From contig OZ287086.1 in the NCBI GenBank assembly GCA_965645245.1, positions 372,001 to 436,000 of the forward strand: 64,000 bases of DNA. Reading direction: 5' to 3'. This document shows, piece after piece, positions 10,928 to 23,080 of the stretch. Source of the stretch: Massalongia carnosa. Its lineage: Eukaryota. Position 1 is the first letter of the stretch, and each line of letters starts with the position of its first letter. The position numbers were made by a program, and so were the translations under genes. The notes beneath the pieces are model-generated. The model worked only from the letters and a program-made list of their open reading frames with translations, was not told the DNA's origin and searched no databases.

Positions 10928-13508
10928 AAAGTATCAGCACTTCGTCGTTGCTTTTTCTGTATTTTCATCTTTTCTTCAGGCAGATCAATCGTTTCTGTTC
11001 GACAGCTCCGAGCAGGTCTTTCAGTATCGCAAGTATTTCGATTGTTTTGCGTTGAGAAGACTCATTAGCAGTTAATCAAGTGTCTGAATAAAGAAACGAT
11101 GATTCGAGAAAGCTGAAGACGAGGTGATGCTTTTACTGCATTGATTCGCCCTGAAAGATAACACTGCTGTTCGTTTTATTCTACTAGTGAAACGCAGCCA
11201 CCTTGTGTTTATTGCTATTCTAGTGTTTGGGCAAAGTCCTGACCCTAGGGTGTGGCATGACACCGTTCGTGCGCCGTCCGCGCCGGGTACGGAGCCGCAA
11301 CGGGTAGGCTACGGGGTCCATGGACGCTGTAGATGCGAACCTGGGGTCAAGACATACTCCATCTATCTAAGCGACAGACTGTGTAGGAGAGGGCGGGTGG
11401 GCGAAACAGCGATACACGATTTTTGATGAGTGTTGATGAGGAAAGAGAGAAGAGATGGGGGGATGGAGGAGGCGAAGAGTTTTTCACCTCCCTGCTAGCG
11501 TCCGGCCCTATCCCGCTTACACGCCTGGTGTCGTCCGTCACGGTGACAACTTCACTAGCCCCCAGCAAGCTGGTGCGTAATCTCTGATATTTTTCCGATG
11601 GGCTACAGCCCGATAAATAGCTACATTGAAGATAGTAAATACTAAGACTAGCTTGACGAGGGACATTCATTGCCGAATGAAATGATATCGCAATTCTCGT
11701 CGAGACATTCGTGCTCTAGATATCTCAAGTACTTCAGCGCTGTTGATCGACATTTAATTATGAGCTGTGTAAAGTAAAAGCCCAAGGCTTCAAGTCCAAG
11801 GCTTCTCCTGTCCAAGCTACTCAGCCTCGCGTGCATGTAAATATGTACCTAGGTACTCTGTAGCTCCAGCTAACATCGCTTCCACAGTCTAGTCAACTCA
11901 TACAGCTCCTTTACTCACTATCGACCACTATAACCATGCTACAGCCTTGATCGTCCCGTCCTGGCTTTATGCTCTTGTTGTTGATAAACAGTTGACGGCA
12001 CGACGTTGAATTTACAACGAAGGTGACTGCATGTAACTAGGGCTTACCGAACACTCTAGTGCTTAGCTACAACCATCTTCTCATGCTCTTACATTCCTTG
12101 CTTATGTCCATCAAACAGCTCAATGACGCTCCATCAACGGACGAGACGCGAGGACCCTGGGCAGCAGCCGTCTAAGTATATCAACCAGGGCCTCTGAACA
12201 ACAAGACGCATTTCATGTTCTACAATCCGTCTGTCAAGCGGACGTTATCGTTTTGCGTGACGTACGTAAGTGACCTGATGCCGGAAGAGGGGCCGGATAT
12301 GGGGAACCTTGCGCTAGGGGCTTTGGATAAGGCAGATTTGGAGGTGGACTGGTTGATGCATGAAAGGTAGTTTTGGCAATTGCAGGAGCTTACGAGCGAA
12401 GGCAGTCGGGTCCTGTCGAAGCATCCAAGTTCGAGGAGTTGATGATTTAAACCGTCAGGAGCGGTATATATGAAAGGGGACAGGAGGTCGGATTCTCTAA
12501 GACTAGGCATCGAGATCTTGGATTTCAAATACCATCCGTCCATATAAATGGACGCTTTCTTATCAGTTACAGACTCGACTCTATCCTATTCAAACGTGAA
12601 ATGAGGTTTAGAGCGCGTAGACATTTGTTCATCAAACAGCATCAGTGTAACGATACAGGAATGAAGATTAGTGCTGCAAACCCAAGTACCGAGTTTCTTC
12701 ATTTCAGGCCTAACTTTCGGTACAAAGGCGGATCTACCAAAGGTAGCAGCGCACCGGCTATACAGCGAAAAGTGACGATCGCAGCGTTTGCAACCCCCGC
12801 AGGAAAGCCGAATGGACTCACAATGTAACTACATGAAGGGATAACGATAAACGACTATTCCAAAGCCCAGAAACCTTGTCGCTATGGCTGCAGCCATTCA
12901 GTGCACGCATAACCCTGCAGTCTAGTTGTAGGGAAAGAAATCAAGAGGAGTCACAAGCACATCGGAAATCATCGATAACAGACGCTGCTCAAGCTTCATG
13001 CCGCCTCGATCTTTCATGATCTTAACATCGTGATCTGACGTGAATTTGACAAATAAGCAACTATCTGCACAGCCATTTCATCTCCTGCAAGGCTATCAGC
13101 AGAACAGTGTCATGAAGAGAACGAACATCTCAGGTTACCTATCTTTACAAATGTGAGACTGTCAAAGAATGATAAATGTCTAGGACCCTCGATCAAAGTT
13201 TTAAAACAGCAGATAAAGCATAGACAAATACGATGACAATGTAGACCGCAGGTAGAAAGATTATCGGCGAAGGATGCTTATATCAAATGATAGCCTGATC
13301 ATCTAATATCAAAATATTCTTAGGTTGAGGTCCCGTGAACTTGAAACATGGCTTTAAAAGCTGTTCTCGTTCCATTCAGACTTAAGTTCCACAACCGCAT
13401 TCCGTAGCACTCTCTTATATGATTCCACAGTCCCATCCGCCTCAATATCATGACCCTTGGCAATCCCGTCGACTTTCGATGACACATCAAGGCATTTTCA
13501 CCATAACG

Positions 13509-14009
13509 TCAGTATTCCGGATTCAGGCCATTAGCGGGACACGAGTCCTTTGCCGGCCGCGCGAAAAGATCGTATAGATCATCCAGCCATTCCGGCTGCG
13601 CGGGAAGCGAATGTCGCGCGACGCTTGGCTCACAGTCGAAGCCAAGCGTCCCTCTGACCTCTCTGCAACAATAGATCGACGTCAATCCGCTGCACCACTC
13701 GTCATCCTCGTCCCATTTGGTGCACATCTTAGTGTTTCCCTTGCGGCAGCAGTGATGATGTTTCCCGGCCGGGCAATCTGGAAAACCGGATGGCGGCGGG
13801 CTGTCGTCAAACGCCAATTTGTAGTCTTTAGTCGATGGTGTAGGAGTGGATTGATCGCAGGCGGGCGCAAGACTGATTGATTCTTCAGTGAAAGGGGGGT
13901 TTGTAGGGTCTAGGATCTGACTGGAGAGATCGTTATAGTTCTCGTTGATGTTCTGCGGTAGGGAATCGACAAGCAGACAGCTAACGTAGAGAAACACGAG
14001 AAGAAACAT
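13509..14009 (-). CDS. Small secreted cysteine-rich protein with a hydrophobin-like 8-Cys pattern
   Basis: Signal-peptide-like N-terminus MFLLVFLYVSCLLVDS-LP; C-X7-CC-X7-C-X9-C-X7-CC-X10-C. Confidence 0.75.
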   Translation of the reverse strand: MFLLVFLYVSCLLVDSLPQNINENYNDLSSQILDPTNPPFTEESISLAPACDQSTPTPSTKDYKLAFDDSPPPSGFPDCPAGKHHHCCRKGNTKMCTKWDEDDEWCSGLTSIYCCREVRGTLGFDCEPSVARHSLPAQPEWLDDLYDLFARPAKDSCPANGLNPEY

Positions 14010-15270
14010 GGTAGAGAGGGTTCACGATGTGATTCGGTCATTCACAATTATGAGCAGAACTATCGGATTCGAGAAGTGACTTTATCCTACATTTAAAAAT
14101 GAAACAGAGCGAGGAAGAAGACACCTTCTCGCGGAAAAAAAGAGAGACTGCGCGGCCTAGATTACGTTTTTCTTACCTCGTTCCGCGTCTGGGAGTTTCG
14201 GACGGCGTATTTACTAGGTATTTCGAAACCATGAGCGTCGGCAACTCGAGAATCGGCCTTGTTTGAGGCTGACTGCGGGAACGAGCGCGGACCCGATGTC
14301 ATGTCAGCTCAGAGTTCAATTTGCGCCCGGAGTCATCATATCGTTTGCTCATATTGAGGTCGAGAATTGATCACCTTGCTGCATAGACGAATATTTGGAA
14401 GGGATAATTCATTTGTACGGAGTAGAGAATTTACCAACTGCCTGACACCCACACTCCTTCTGGTTTTGGCCTTCTAGCCCAAACTCAAAGCTTGACTCGA
14501 AGCTGCTTGAATTACTTCGTACTTAGAGTTCTAAAACCGAGCCGTATGCGCATTTGGCAATTGGGGACGACACGGAGACAACGTCATGGACTCATCGTCG
14601 TGGATGGCAATTAATGAAACGGAGGGGAGTGATCCGTCTCTGTAGATCGTGCATTGCATATGCAGTCCTGCTCATCGACCATACTCGGATACTCTGTAAC
14701 TACCGAGTCCATATGCAGCGTAGCCTGTTCCTCTTTCATGCATGATGTCGTCATATAAATAAAGCAGAACACTCTCAGCTGATATGACCACTCTGCTGTC
14801 TGTTCATCACCCTCCATGGCATATATCCAGAAACAGTTCAACCACATCTGCTCAGATTCTGTTCAATCGCGTGTAGATGTCTTTGCTCTGAAACGAAGAA
14901 AAATTCCATCGATAATATAGGAATCAAGTGCCTGGACAGATCTCAATCTCATTTAGAGTAGTCTAGTCAACAACACCCTCTTCATCGCTAGAACATATCA
15001 TTAGTTGCGCACATGGAGATACAAATTGCGTCGCTCTGCAGGACTACGGTTTTCATGGATCCACTTTTTTACAGCAGTCGATAAAGGCGAAGGTCTCGAC
15101 TGCTCTAGAGACGAAGGGGCTTGCAGTTGGGTCTCACTTCTCCACCTCAAACCCGGGCATTTAGAAAACACCGGGCTTGCTCTTCCGTTTTTCTCATGCA
15201 CTCACACGTTCATTGATTTCACACATCACAGCTCGAGCGAATCCTTTTCCAACAAAGGAGATATCCAACA

Positions 15271-15970
15271 ATGAAATCGCAACTGCTTCGACTATTCTCT
15301 GGCCTTGCTATAGCTAGATCTGTCTTGGGCGACACCGTCGGGTATAATGCAACAGTAATTATCTAGACAGGGGTTATGATAATCACACCGGCCACGTTCA
15401 TAACTCGACTCACTTTCTGAGGGCCCCATCCATAAATTTTTCACAGGAAACCACTGAAAGTACGACGACCTCCAAAGTGGATTAACTATAACCCCTTTGG
15501 GAACTTACAAGTCCCTTCAATACAACGCCTGGTCATATACAAGCGCCCTAGGCACCGTGCCGGTTCATGTCGGCGGCCCTCAACCCCAGTCGCCGCCCAC
15601 GCTCATCTCGGCCGCGATCGATAGTGAATTGACCAATGGAATACCTTCCTTCATCGTTGCTCCACCATATAAGTCCTTTATTCTGATCGACTTTTACTTC
15701 GCCTGCGATGTTCGCTCCACGGAACCAACTGAAAATGTAGCTTTGAAATGCACCATCACCGTCGAAGGTTTTCAGCCGACTACCAACAAGCGGGTTGCGG
15801 TCGATTCGTTTACTTTCACTCCCCCGCTCAACCCGATCACTCAAGTACCGATGATGCATGCGGTATTGTCATCTGAGTTTTCACAACCGTTGTACAACGT
15901 TGAAATCAACACGGAAAACGTGGTGACTGCTATTTTGATAGATAACCTGCAGTATTATGTTTCTACTTGA
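15271..15970 (+). CDS. Secreted protein of about 197 aa, exons 15271-15354 and 15461-15970; resembles fungal DUF7371-type beta-rich proteins (from recall)
   Basis: Signal peptide MKSQLLRLFSGLAIARSVLG; GTAATT donor and AAG acceptor keep the frame (YDDL...DFYFAC...CTITVEG...LIDNLQY). Confidence 0.7.
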
Positions 15971-17577
15971 TCGAGAAAAGATTGATTTTAAGCGAAATAG
16001 CGACTGGTTAACATAGCGAAATTGAAAGTCTTCGCACTTTTCTCCTCTATCTTCTTTAATTAGCAGCGGCGGGAAAGCATCTGTATTTAGTCATACAAAG
16101 AAATATCTGCATCAGCACTTCGGGAAAGCCAGTCCTACGAGCTCCCATTGACTCAGCGGGCTCGGCCCTTTCTGCACATGTCATAGCTTAAAAATCTCCT
16201 GAGCACTCCCTTAGGGGCGCTGATCTCCCTGAGCACCTCTTAGAAGCATCGAGCTGACGACATGAATTAATGCCTGCATGCATGCGCACGTCGCATGCGA
16301 CACATCAACAAATCTCAAAGAAACAAGATATATCGCATGATTCTCGCGCAATTATAATTTAAATAACGTTGATGTTCGCGGCGTATCGACCGCTTATTGC
16401 TCGTTGTGTACACGAAGACTCCGTACCGAGACCTTATGCCTGTTCCTCTTTCACGCATGATGGCGTCGTATAAAGCAGAACACTCTCGCTATTTATTCAT
16501 CACCATTCACGGCATATATCCCGACTCAGTTCAACCACACCTTCTTCTCGGATTCGGTGTGTAGGTGTCTTTGCTCTCCAAAACGAAAAAAAAAACTTTC
16601 TTGGCTAATATAAGAATCAAGTGCCTGGACAGACTTCAATCTCTTTTAGAGTAGTCCAGTCAGCAACAACCTCTCCATCGCCAGAACGAATCGTCAGTTG
16701 CGCGCATGGAGAAACAAACTACGTCGCTTTGCAGGACTAACTATGATTATCATGGATACATTCTTTACTGCAGTCGATAAACGCGAAGGTCTCGACTGCT
16801 CTAGAGACGAAGGGGTTTGCAGTTGCTTTGGTATCACTTCTACACCATCAAACCCGGGAATTCAGATCATCTATGATGAAAATACCCGGTCGCATGCAGT
16901 TTCTTCTACATCTCACGCCAGAGATTTTCTCTGCATTCTTTTGCTACGCTACAGAGCATGCGTGAACCAATAAAATAACCCCTCCATAATCGAATGATCA
17001 AGATTGTCGTACCTTCGACGTCAGCATCCCTTATGTGCAAATCACAAGGGGTGGAAGGCAAAGTATAAGGAACCGAACCGCTGCACATCAAGGAGGGATC
17101 TTCAAACTTAATCCCGATCTCGACCTCTCCTAGATCCTGTTTCATGGTCGAATTTACTACTGTGTGTCTTTAAAACCCGTCACACTCCCATAATCTATTC
17201 CGCAACCACCCTGTTCAACATGTTAACCACAATGAAAGACTTTCAGGGAGATCGTCGGAGTTCTCATACATCATCGACTCGAAGGATTTGACTAATGATG
17301 TAGATTAACAGATGGGTGTGAATGAAACTCGGGGGACACATCATTCCTTGAACCGAGCATCATCGATGTACATTTTTTCATGTTGACATCATCAGTTACT
17401 TTACGCACCGTGTCTGTGGAATCCAGGTGTTGAGACGTAGGATTGAAAAAAAAGCATAACTTATAAACACCGGGCTTGCTCTTCCGTTTTCCTCATGCCC
17501 TCGCACGCGCATTGATTTCAATTTACAACACATCACAGCTCGAGCGAATCCTTTTCCAACAAAGAAGACATCCGACA

Positions 17578-18282
17578 ATGAGATCGCAACTCCTTCGGCT
17601 ACTCTATAGCCTTGCTGTAGCTGGGTCTGTCTTGAGCAACACCGTCGAGTATACTGCGACAGTAAGTATCTAGACAGGGATTTGATAATCACACCGGCCA
17701 CATTTATACTCGACTCACTTCTAGAGGCCCCTATTCATCCATTTCTCATTGGAAACCACTGACGCTTTGAAGGTATGACGACATCCAACAAGGATAACTC
17801 CAACCCCTGTTGGAACTTACCTCTACCTTCAGTACAACGCGTGGTCCTATTCAGGTATCCAAAACGCCGTACCGGTCAGAGTCGGCGGCATTCAGCCTCA
17901 ATCGCCGCCCATAACCATCTCAGCAGGGTTCGACACTGAATTGACCATGGGAACACCTACCTTCACCATCGCTCCACCATACAAGACCTTTGTCCTGATC
18001 GACTTTTACTTCGGCTGCCCGGCTCGCACCACCGAATCGACTGCGAATGTGGATTTGCAATGTACGGTCACCGTCGCAGGCTTTCATCCCATAACCAACC
18101 AGCAGGTTGCGGTCGATTCGTTCACTTTTTCTCCCCCGCTCGGATCGACAACTCCAGTACCGATGACGCATGCGGTATTGTCGTCTGAGTTTTCACAGCC
18201 ACTGTATAACGTTACAATGATCACGGACAACAAACTTGCTGCTTTGGTGTTGGATAATCTGCGCTATAAGGTTTCTACTTGA
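17578..18282 (+). pseudogene. Paralog of the 15271-15970 secreted protein; exon-2 start appears frameshifted or uses a different splice
   Basis: Signal peptide and GTAAGT donor present. GGATAACT versus GGATTAACT in copy 1 (1-bp loss near 17793). Downstream frame open to 18282. Confidence 0.55.
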
Positions 18283-19311
18283 TCGCGGAGGCAATAACCT
18301 TCTGTGAAATAGCGACTTGTTAAATCGGAATTCTTCGTATTTTCTCTCCTCTATCTTTTCAATCAGAAGCGGCGGGAAACGCTCGGATTTAGCTATACAA
18401 AAAACATTCGCTTCGGGAAAGCCAGCCTTGCGAGCTCCCATTGACTCAGCGGGCTCGGGGCCGATTCCGTAGCTCATAAGCTTCCTGAGCACCTCCTAGA
18501 AGCATCGAGCTGATGGCATGAATTAATGCCTGCATGCATGCGCACGTCGCATGCGACACATCAACAAATCTCCAAGAAACAAGATATGTCGCATGATTCT
18601 CGCGCAACTATAATTTAAATAACGTTGATGTTCGCGGAACGATACACGATTTGATAAAGTGCAAATGTCCATATGCGCACACATACGTACGAACACCTAA
18701 ACCCCCACTGCCCTGAGGATCCAGACAGCTCAGCGAGCTCCGGGTTACAGTAGCTAGCCCCTAGCTAGCGCTGGGAGCTACTCGCGATTGCGGTTCCCGA
18801 TTTGCCGATGCTGGGAGAGGGGATATTCAATCATGCTTTCATGGTTTGGGGGCAGGGAATATAATAGGTCTTGAGTAGGATCTGTAGGATGGGAGATTTG
18901 TGCTGGAAGTCTGGTGGGGAGTTGGAGGGAGAGGGGACATGTGAGAATTTGACTAATCCTCTTGATACGTTTACAGGGCAGTGATGTATGTTATGGCATA
19001 TCAAAGCGAATTTAATGAGGTCATAATGACTTTAACGTTTCGACGATCGATGGAGACTAGGCCGTTTTGAATTGTAGATCTAGGTGCTTGCTAGTGAAAA
19101 GAAAATTTCATGCATTCGTTTCTGTAGAGTCTCAAAAGAAAACCAAAAGGAAGCGATGCGGAGGGAGTGGAGAAGGGAAACTCAAGACTTTGAAAGTGCT
19201 GATGTTTAAAGAGATAATCGAGTCTCGAGGAAGGAAAGAAGCAATGTGAAAAGTCGTTTTGTGTTATGGGATTGGTCCACCAGCACCACGAATCGGGCCA
19301 TTGATTGTTCA

Positions 19312-20070
19312 AGTTCTTCCAAATGGAGTTTTCCACTCGCAGCCTGGTTCTGTACAGAGCCGAGCGAGGATTGATGTGAATGTTGGTAAGGTGTTGCCGA
19401 AACAATAATAGCGTTTTGAATTTTATTTTTGAGGTATATCCCGGCCAACTGCATAGACTACCGATCCGACTACCAAGAATGTTGACACCATTCAGAGATG
19501 ATTGGTGTAGCATTATAGTAAAGGCACTGAGCGCCCAGTTAGCGTGCTCCTAAAAAAAAAACTCACGCAGATTGGTCCGCTACCAAACCGAACGGCAAAG
19601 TAGCATCCTGATTAGACTTGCCAGCGGATGCAAAACTCGAAGGTTGCTCGAAGGTGCCAAAAGCATTTAAGCCGATAAGATGCTGGTCATGTGTATCGAA
19701 ACCGCCCAAGAAGTCTGGAGCGAGAAAATCATAGCCAGTATGACTGCCATCGTATCTCTAACCTTGTCGGAGTCGAAATCATACGACTGAGACTTTGCTG
19801 GCGCTATATAAGGAGTTTGTTCGTAAATGCAGGAAGCCCTTATTGTCTTGATCGTCACGATTTCGTCGGCTATAAGGGCCGTGGTTGACAGTGAAGTTGC
19901 GGATTCTAGAGTTGCCTGATCAGAACCATGCGTGTTGAATACGGTTTTATCAAGTCCTGACGGCCATAGGGCACAGTTGTCAGATCCGCTGCGTCGTAGC
20001 CTGAGTGCGTTGGGATTTCGTTGAAGGAAGCAAGATCAAAGTCGAAATATTGCTCAATATGACCGTTGTC
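19312..20070 (-). pseudogene. 5'/middle fragment of a decayed gene; 19312-19700 is near-identical to 46479-46862, which leads into C2H2 fingers
   Basis: About 390-bp direct duplicate; broken reading frames. Confidence 0.55.
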
Positions 20071-20353
20071 GTGTCATGGATAATCACGGTAGTCATACTC
20101 GTATTCACCCCCATTTGCAACACACTCCCATTTGCAACACTCTAGTTAGTAAGCACCCGCATTAAAGTCCGCTAACTCCGGTATATCAAATTTTTTTCAT
20201 TTCTCCCTCTTCTATCTGCATTGTCAACTTGTCATGGAATTACCTCGCACCCTCCCACGTTTCCTGATCGGGTTAGTATTTAATAGGCTCTCTTGCCGTG
20301 AAACCTGCCCTGCCTAGTTCGTCTATGGCGAGAGCTAGTGCGGGACCGATGCT

Positions 20354-20416
20354 ATTCGGCTACCAGCGGATTCGGCTACCAGCGGATTCGGCCACCAGCG
20401 GATCGGCTACCAGCGG
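20354..20416. repeat. 16-bp tandem repeat (ATTCGGCTACCAGCGG) x4 inside the transposon
   Basis: Direct reading; two variant units. Confidence 0.85.
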
Positions 20417-21235
20417 TTCTCCACGCATGACGGGGACAACAGGTGATGCAAAATTCGGACCTCTTCGGTTTTGCACGGTTATCCGCCAGGAGCTGGTTCG
20501 GATAACGACGGGGGATCGGATAGGGATGGATGGATGACAGGGGGGAGATGGAGGCTATATAGAGGGCCAAAGCAGTCCTACATCTCCTCATCATCTCGGA
20601 TTCGGAGGTAGCACTGCATAGTAGTTTTTGACCCGCCCACCCACTCCAGGTCTCAGCCGCAGAGGTAGAGGGAGTATCCACCGCGATCTGCACCAAGGCC
20701 CGAAAGGGGGCGCTAGGTAGAGGCGCCGGCGAGAGTGACGGCGCCAGCGAGGTGCAGATCGCTGTGTTTCCGCCAACCTTAGAAATAGAAGCAATACGAG
20801 GTCACATGAACTAGATGTTGAATAGAACCGTGGCTCGTTATTCCGAACTATCCTGAAAACCTCACCCCATGTGTTCAGACCTTCTTCCGCTGCCTTCAGT
20901 GCACTCCCAAACTCCTACATCCCGAATCCAATCTCAACGTCTCCACTATCCAAGCCTACGACTGGGATTGCCCAGCAGAGAGAGATTGCTTCGGCATGGA
21001 GAAAGGCGGAACAGGTCAAAGCGATCATGGTTAGGAAATTAGCACGAACAGAGATGAGGGCAAGTCAAGAATAGGGGAGTTGGAGCCATGGCTATAAAAC
21101 CTATGTGGTTTCTCAGGTGTTTGGAGCTCTTCGTCGGACGTCTTGTATACTATCCCTAGACCTAGCTTTCTAATAGTAACTCTTGCATATCTCCCTATCT
21201 GCACCTTGTCCGTGACACAACTCAATTAATTCATT

Positions 21236-23080
21236 ATGAACTCAGCAGACGAACTGCCCAAAGAGGAGCGCATTCAGCTTGCTATTGCTGCTTATAGAGA
21301 GTCATTTAATGACTGGGAAGCCGGTCCCAAAGCTTTCGAAGACAAGCCATCCGTTCGAAAAATCGCCCGTAAGCATGGTATCATTCATTCCACCCTTACT
21401 AGACGACTTGCAGAAACGAAAACTCATAAAGAAGCTGCTCTATTGCAGCAGCGATTACTTCCGGAGGAGGAATCCGCTCTCGTGGACTGGACAATACAAA
21501 TGGAGGCATGGGGCTGGCCTCCTCGTGTAACACAACTTCGCTTTATGGCGTTAGAAATGCTGATAAAGCGAGACGATCGCAACGATTTGGGTATCAATTG
21601 GGTGAGCAAATTTTTATCCCGTCATAAAGAGTTGGATACTGTGTTTTGTCAGGCATTGGACAAGGAAAGAGCTTTAATGCATAATGCGGAAATGCTCAAT
21701 CAATGGTTTCAGCTGTACGCAAAGAATTTTAATCAATACAAATTCAATGAGGAGGACTGCTACAATATGGATGAAAAAGGATTTGCTATGGGACTAGTGG
21801 GCAAGCTCAGAGTAATTTGCTCTAAGCATGATCGACCAGCATTATTGACTCAATGCGGTAATAGAGAATGGGTTTCTCTGATCGAATGTGTATCTGCTGA
21901 TGGAGCGGTTCTTAAACCATGGGTTATTTTCAAAGGTAAACAACAGCAAAAGGCCTGGCGTTCATTTATCAAAGAAGGTGGTCACATTGCTCTGAGTGAG
22001 AATGGATGGACAAACAATGAAATCGGTCTGGATTGGTTAAAGCAGTGTTTTGAACCGGAAACACGAAGCCGTTTAAAAGGTCGCTATCGTCTTCTTATTC
22101 TCGATGGACATGCTTCTCATCTTACTTCAGAAGCGATTGAGTTTTGTAAGGAAAAAGACATCATTCTTTTATGTCTTCCTTCTCATTCAACGGACATGCT
22201 TCAGCCTTTAGACGTTGGTGTTTTTCATCCATTGTCTACAGCCTATCGGGTGGAACTGGAGAAGTATACTAGACTAGGAGTTGGTTATTCAATTGATAAA
22301 GCAGACTTTCTGCTTCTTTATCAAAAGGCTCGAAACAGAGCTTTATCCACTCAAAATATTCAGCATGCCTGGTCCAAAAGTGGGTTGTTTCCATTCAATC
22401 CTGCTATAGTTCTTCAAAAACTTCCTAGTCCACCTCATCCTTCTACGCCTCCGAAAATGACAGTCACGAGTTCAAATGATGTCTCTGTTTCAGTGGCATT
22501 TACTCCAGCAAATGCTGATCAAGTCAATACTTTGATGGAGCAATTGACTGACAATGACTCAAATCAATTGATTCTCGACAAGCTTGGAAAGGCCTGCAAA
22601 TCCGCGTTGGCAAGCAGTCATCTTCTCAGGATTACAAACGAAGAACTTCTTGTAGCTGCTCGTCGTAAACACGAAAGAGCAAATCGAGCGAAGGGACATT
22701 ATGGTACTGCTAGAATCATGAATTCGGAGGTTCTCGAGGAACGAGAGCAAAAGCTAGCTAGCAAAGAAAAGGAAAAGATTGATAAACAAATGACCAAAGA
22801 GTTCAATCTTTTGGTGAAATCTTTCAACAAACTCAGTCCCGATTTATTCATGGAGTCAAAACAACGCAGTCCCATCAAGAAAGCTCTTCAAAGGCCTCCG
22901 ATGCTTCCTCCGCCTTCGGGTTCAATCATACTTCTCTCGCCCAGTCCTATCAAGAAGCGATCAAGAGGAAATTCATTGCCAAAAAAGACTTTCATGATTG
23001 GGCCGGAGGCGAATAGAATGAAAGAAATGCGCATCAGTCGAAGTGGTAGGACAATAAAGCCGTCGCAAAGGCTTGATTAA
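21236..23080 (+). CDS. Intact pogo/Fot1-type transposase (HTH, CENP-B-like HTH, DDE_1), 614 aa
   Basis: YNMDEKG, LILDGHASH, LQPLDVG motifs. Confidence 0.93.
   Translation: MNSADELPKEERIQLAIAAYRESFNDWEAGPKAFEDKPSVRKIARKHGIIHSTLTRRLAETKTHKEAALLQQRLLPEEESALVDWTIQMEAWGWPPRVTQLRFMALEMLIKRDDRNDLGINWVSKFLSRHKELDTVFCQALDKERALMHNAEMLNQWFQLYAKNFNQYKFNEEDCYNMDEKGFAMGLVGKLRVICSKHDRPALLTQCGNREWVSLIECVSADGAVLKPWVIFKGKQQQKAWRSFIKEGGHIALSENGWTNNEIGLDWLKQCFEPETRSRLKGRYRLLILDGHASHLTSEAIEFCKEKDIILLCLPSHSTDMLQPLDVGVFHPLSTAYRVELEKYTRLGVGYSIDKADFLLLYQKARNRALSTQNIQHAWSKSGLFPFNPAIVLQKLPSPPHPSTPPKMTVTSSNDVSVSVAFTPANADQVNTLMEQLTDNDSNQLILDKLGKACKSALASSHLLRITNEELLVAARRKHERANRAKGHYGTARIMNSEVLEEREQKLASKEKEKIDKQMTKEFNLLVKSFNKLSPDLFMESKQRSPIKKALQRPPMLPPPSGSIILLSPSPIKKRSRGNSLPKKTFMIGPEANRMKEMRISRSGRTIKPSQRLD

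Larger units (their letters stand above)
14700..18637 (+). repeat. Tandem duplication of about 1.7-2.2 kb (approx. 14700-16382 and 16423-18637), each unit carrying a secreted-protein gene
   Basis: Collinear similarity across promoter, CDS and 3' flank; unit 2 has about 600 extra bp at approx. 16860-17462. Confidence 0.88.

Noticed and set aside
11640..12543. Possible decayed minus-strand gene
   Set aside because: Intron-like signals exist, but no coherent frame or recognisable motif.
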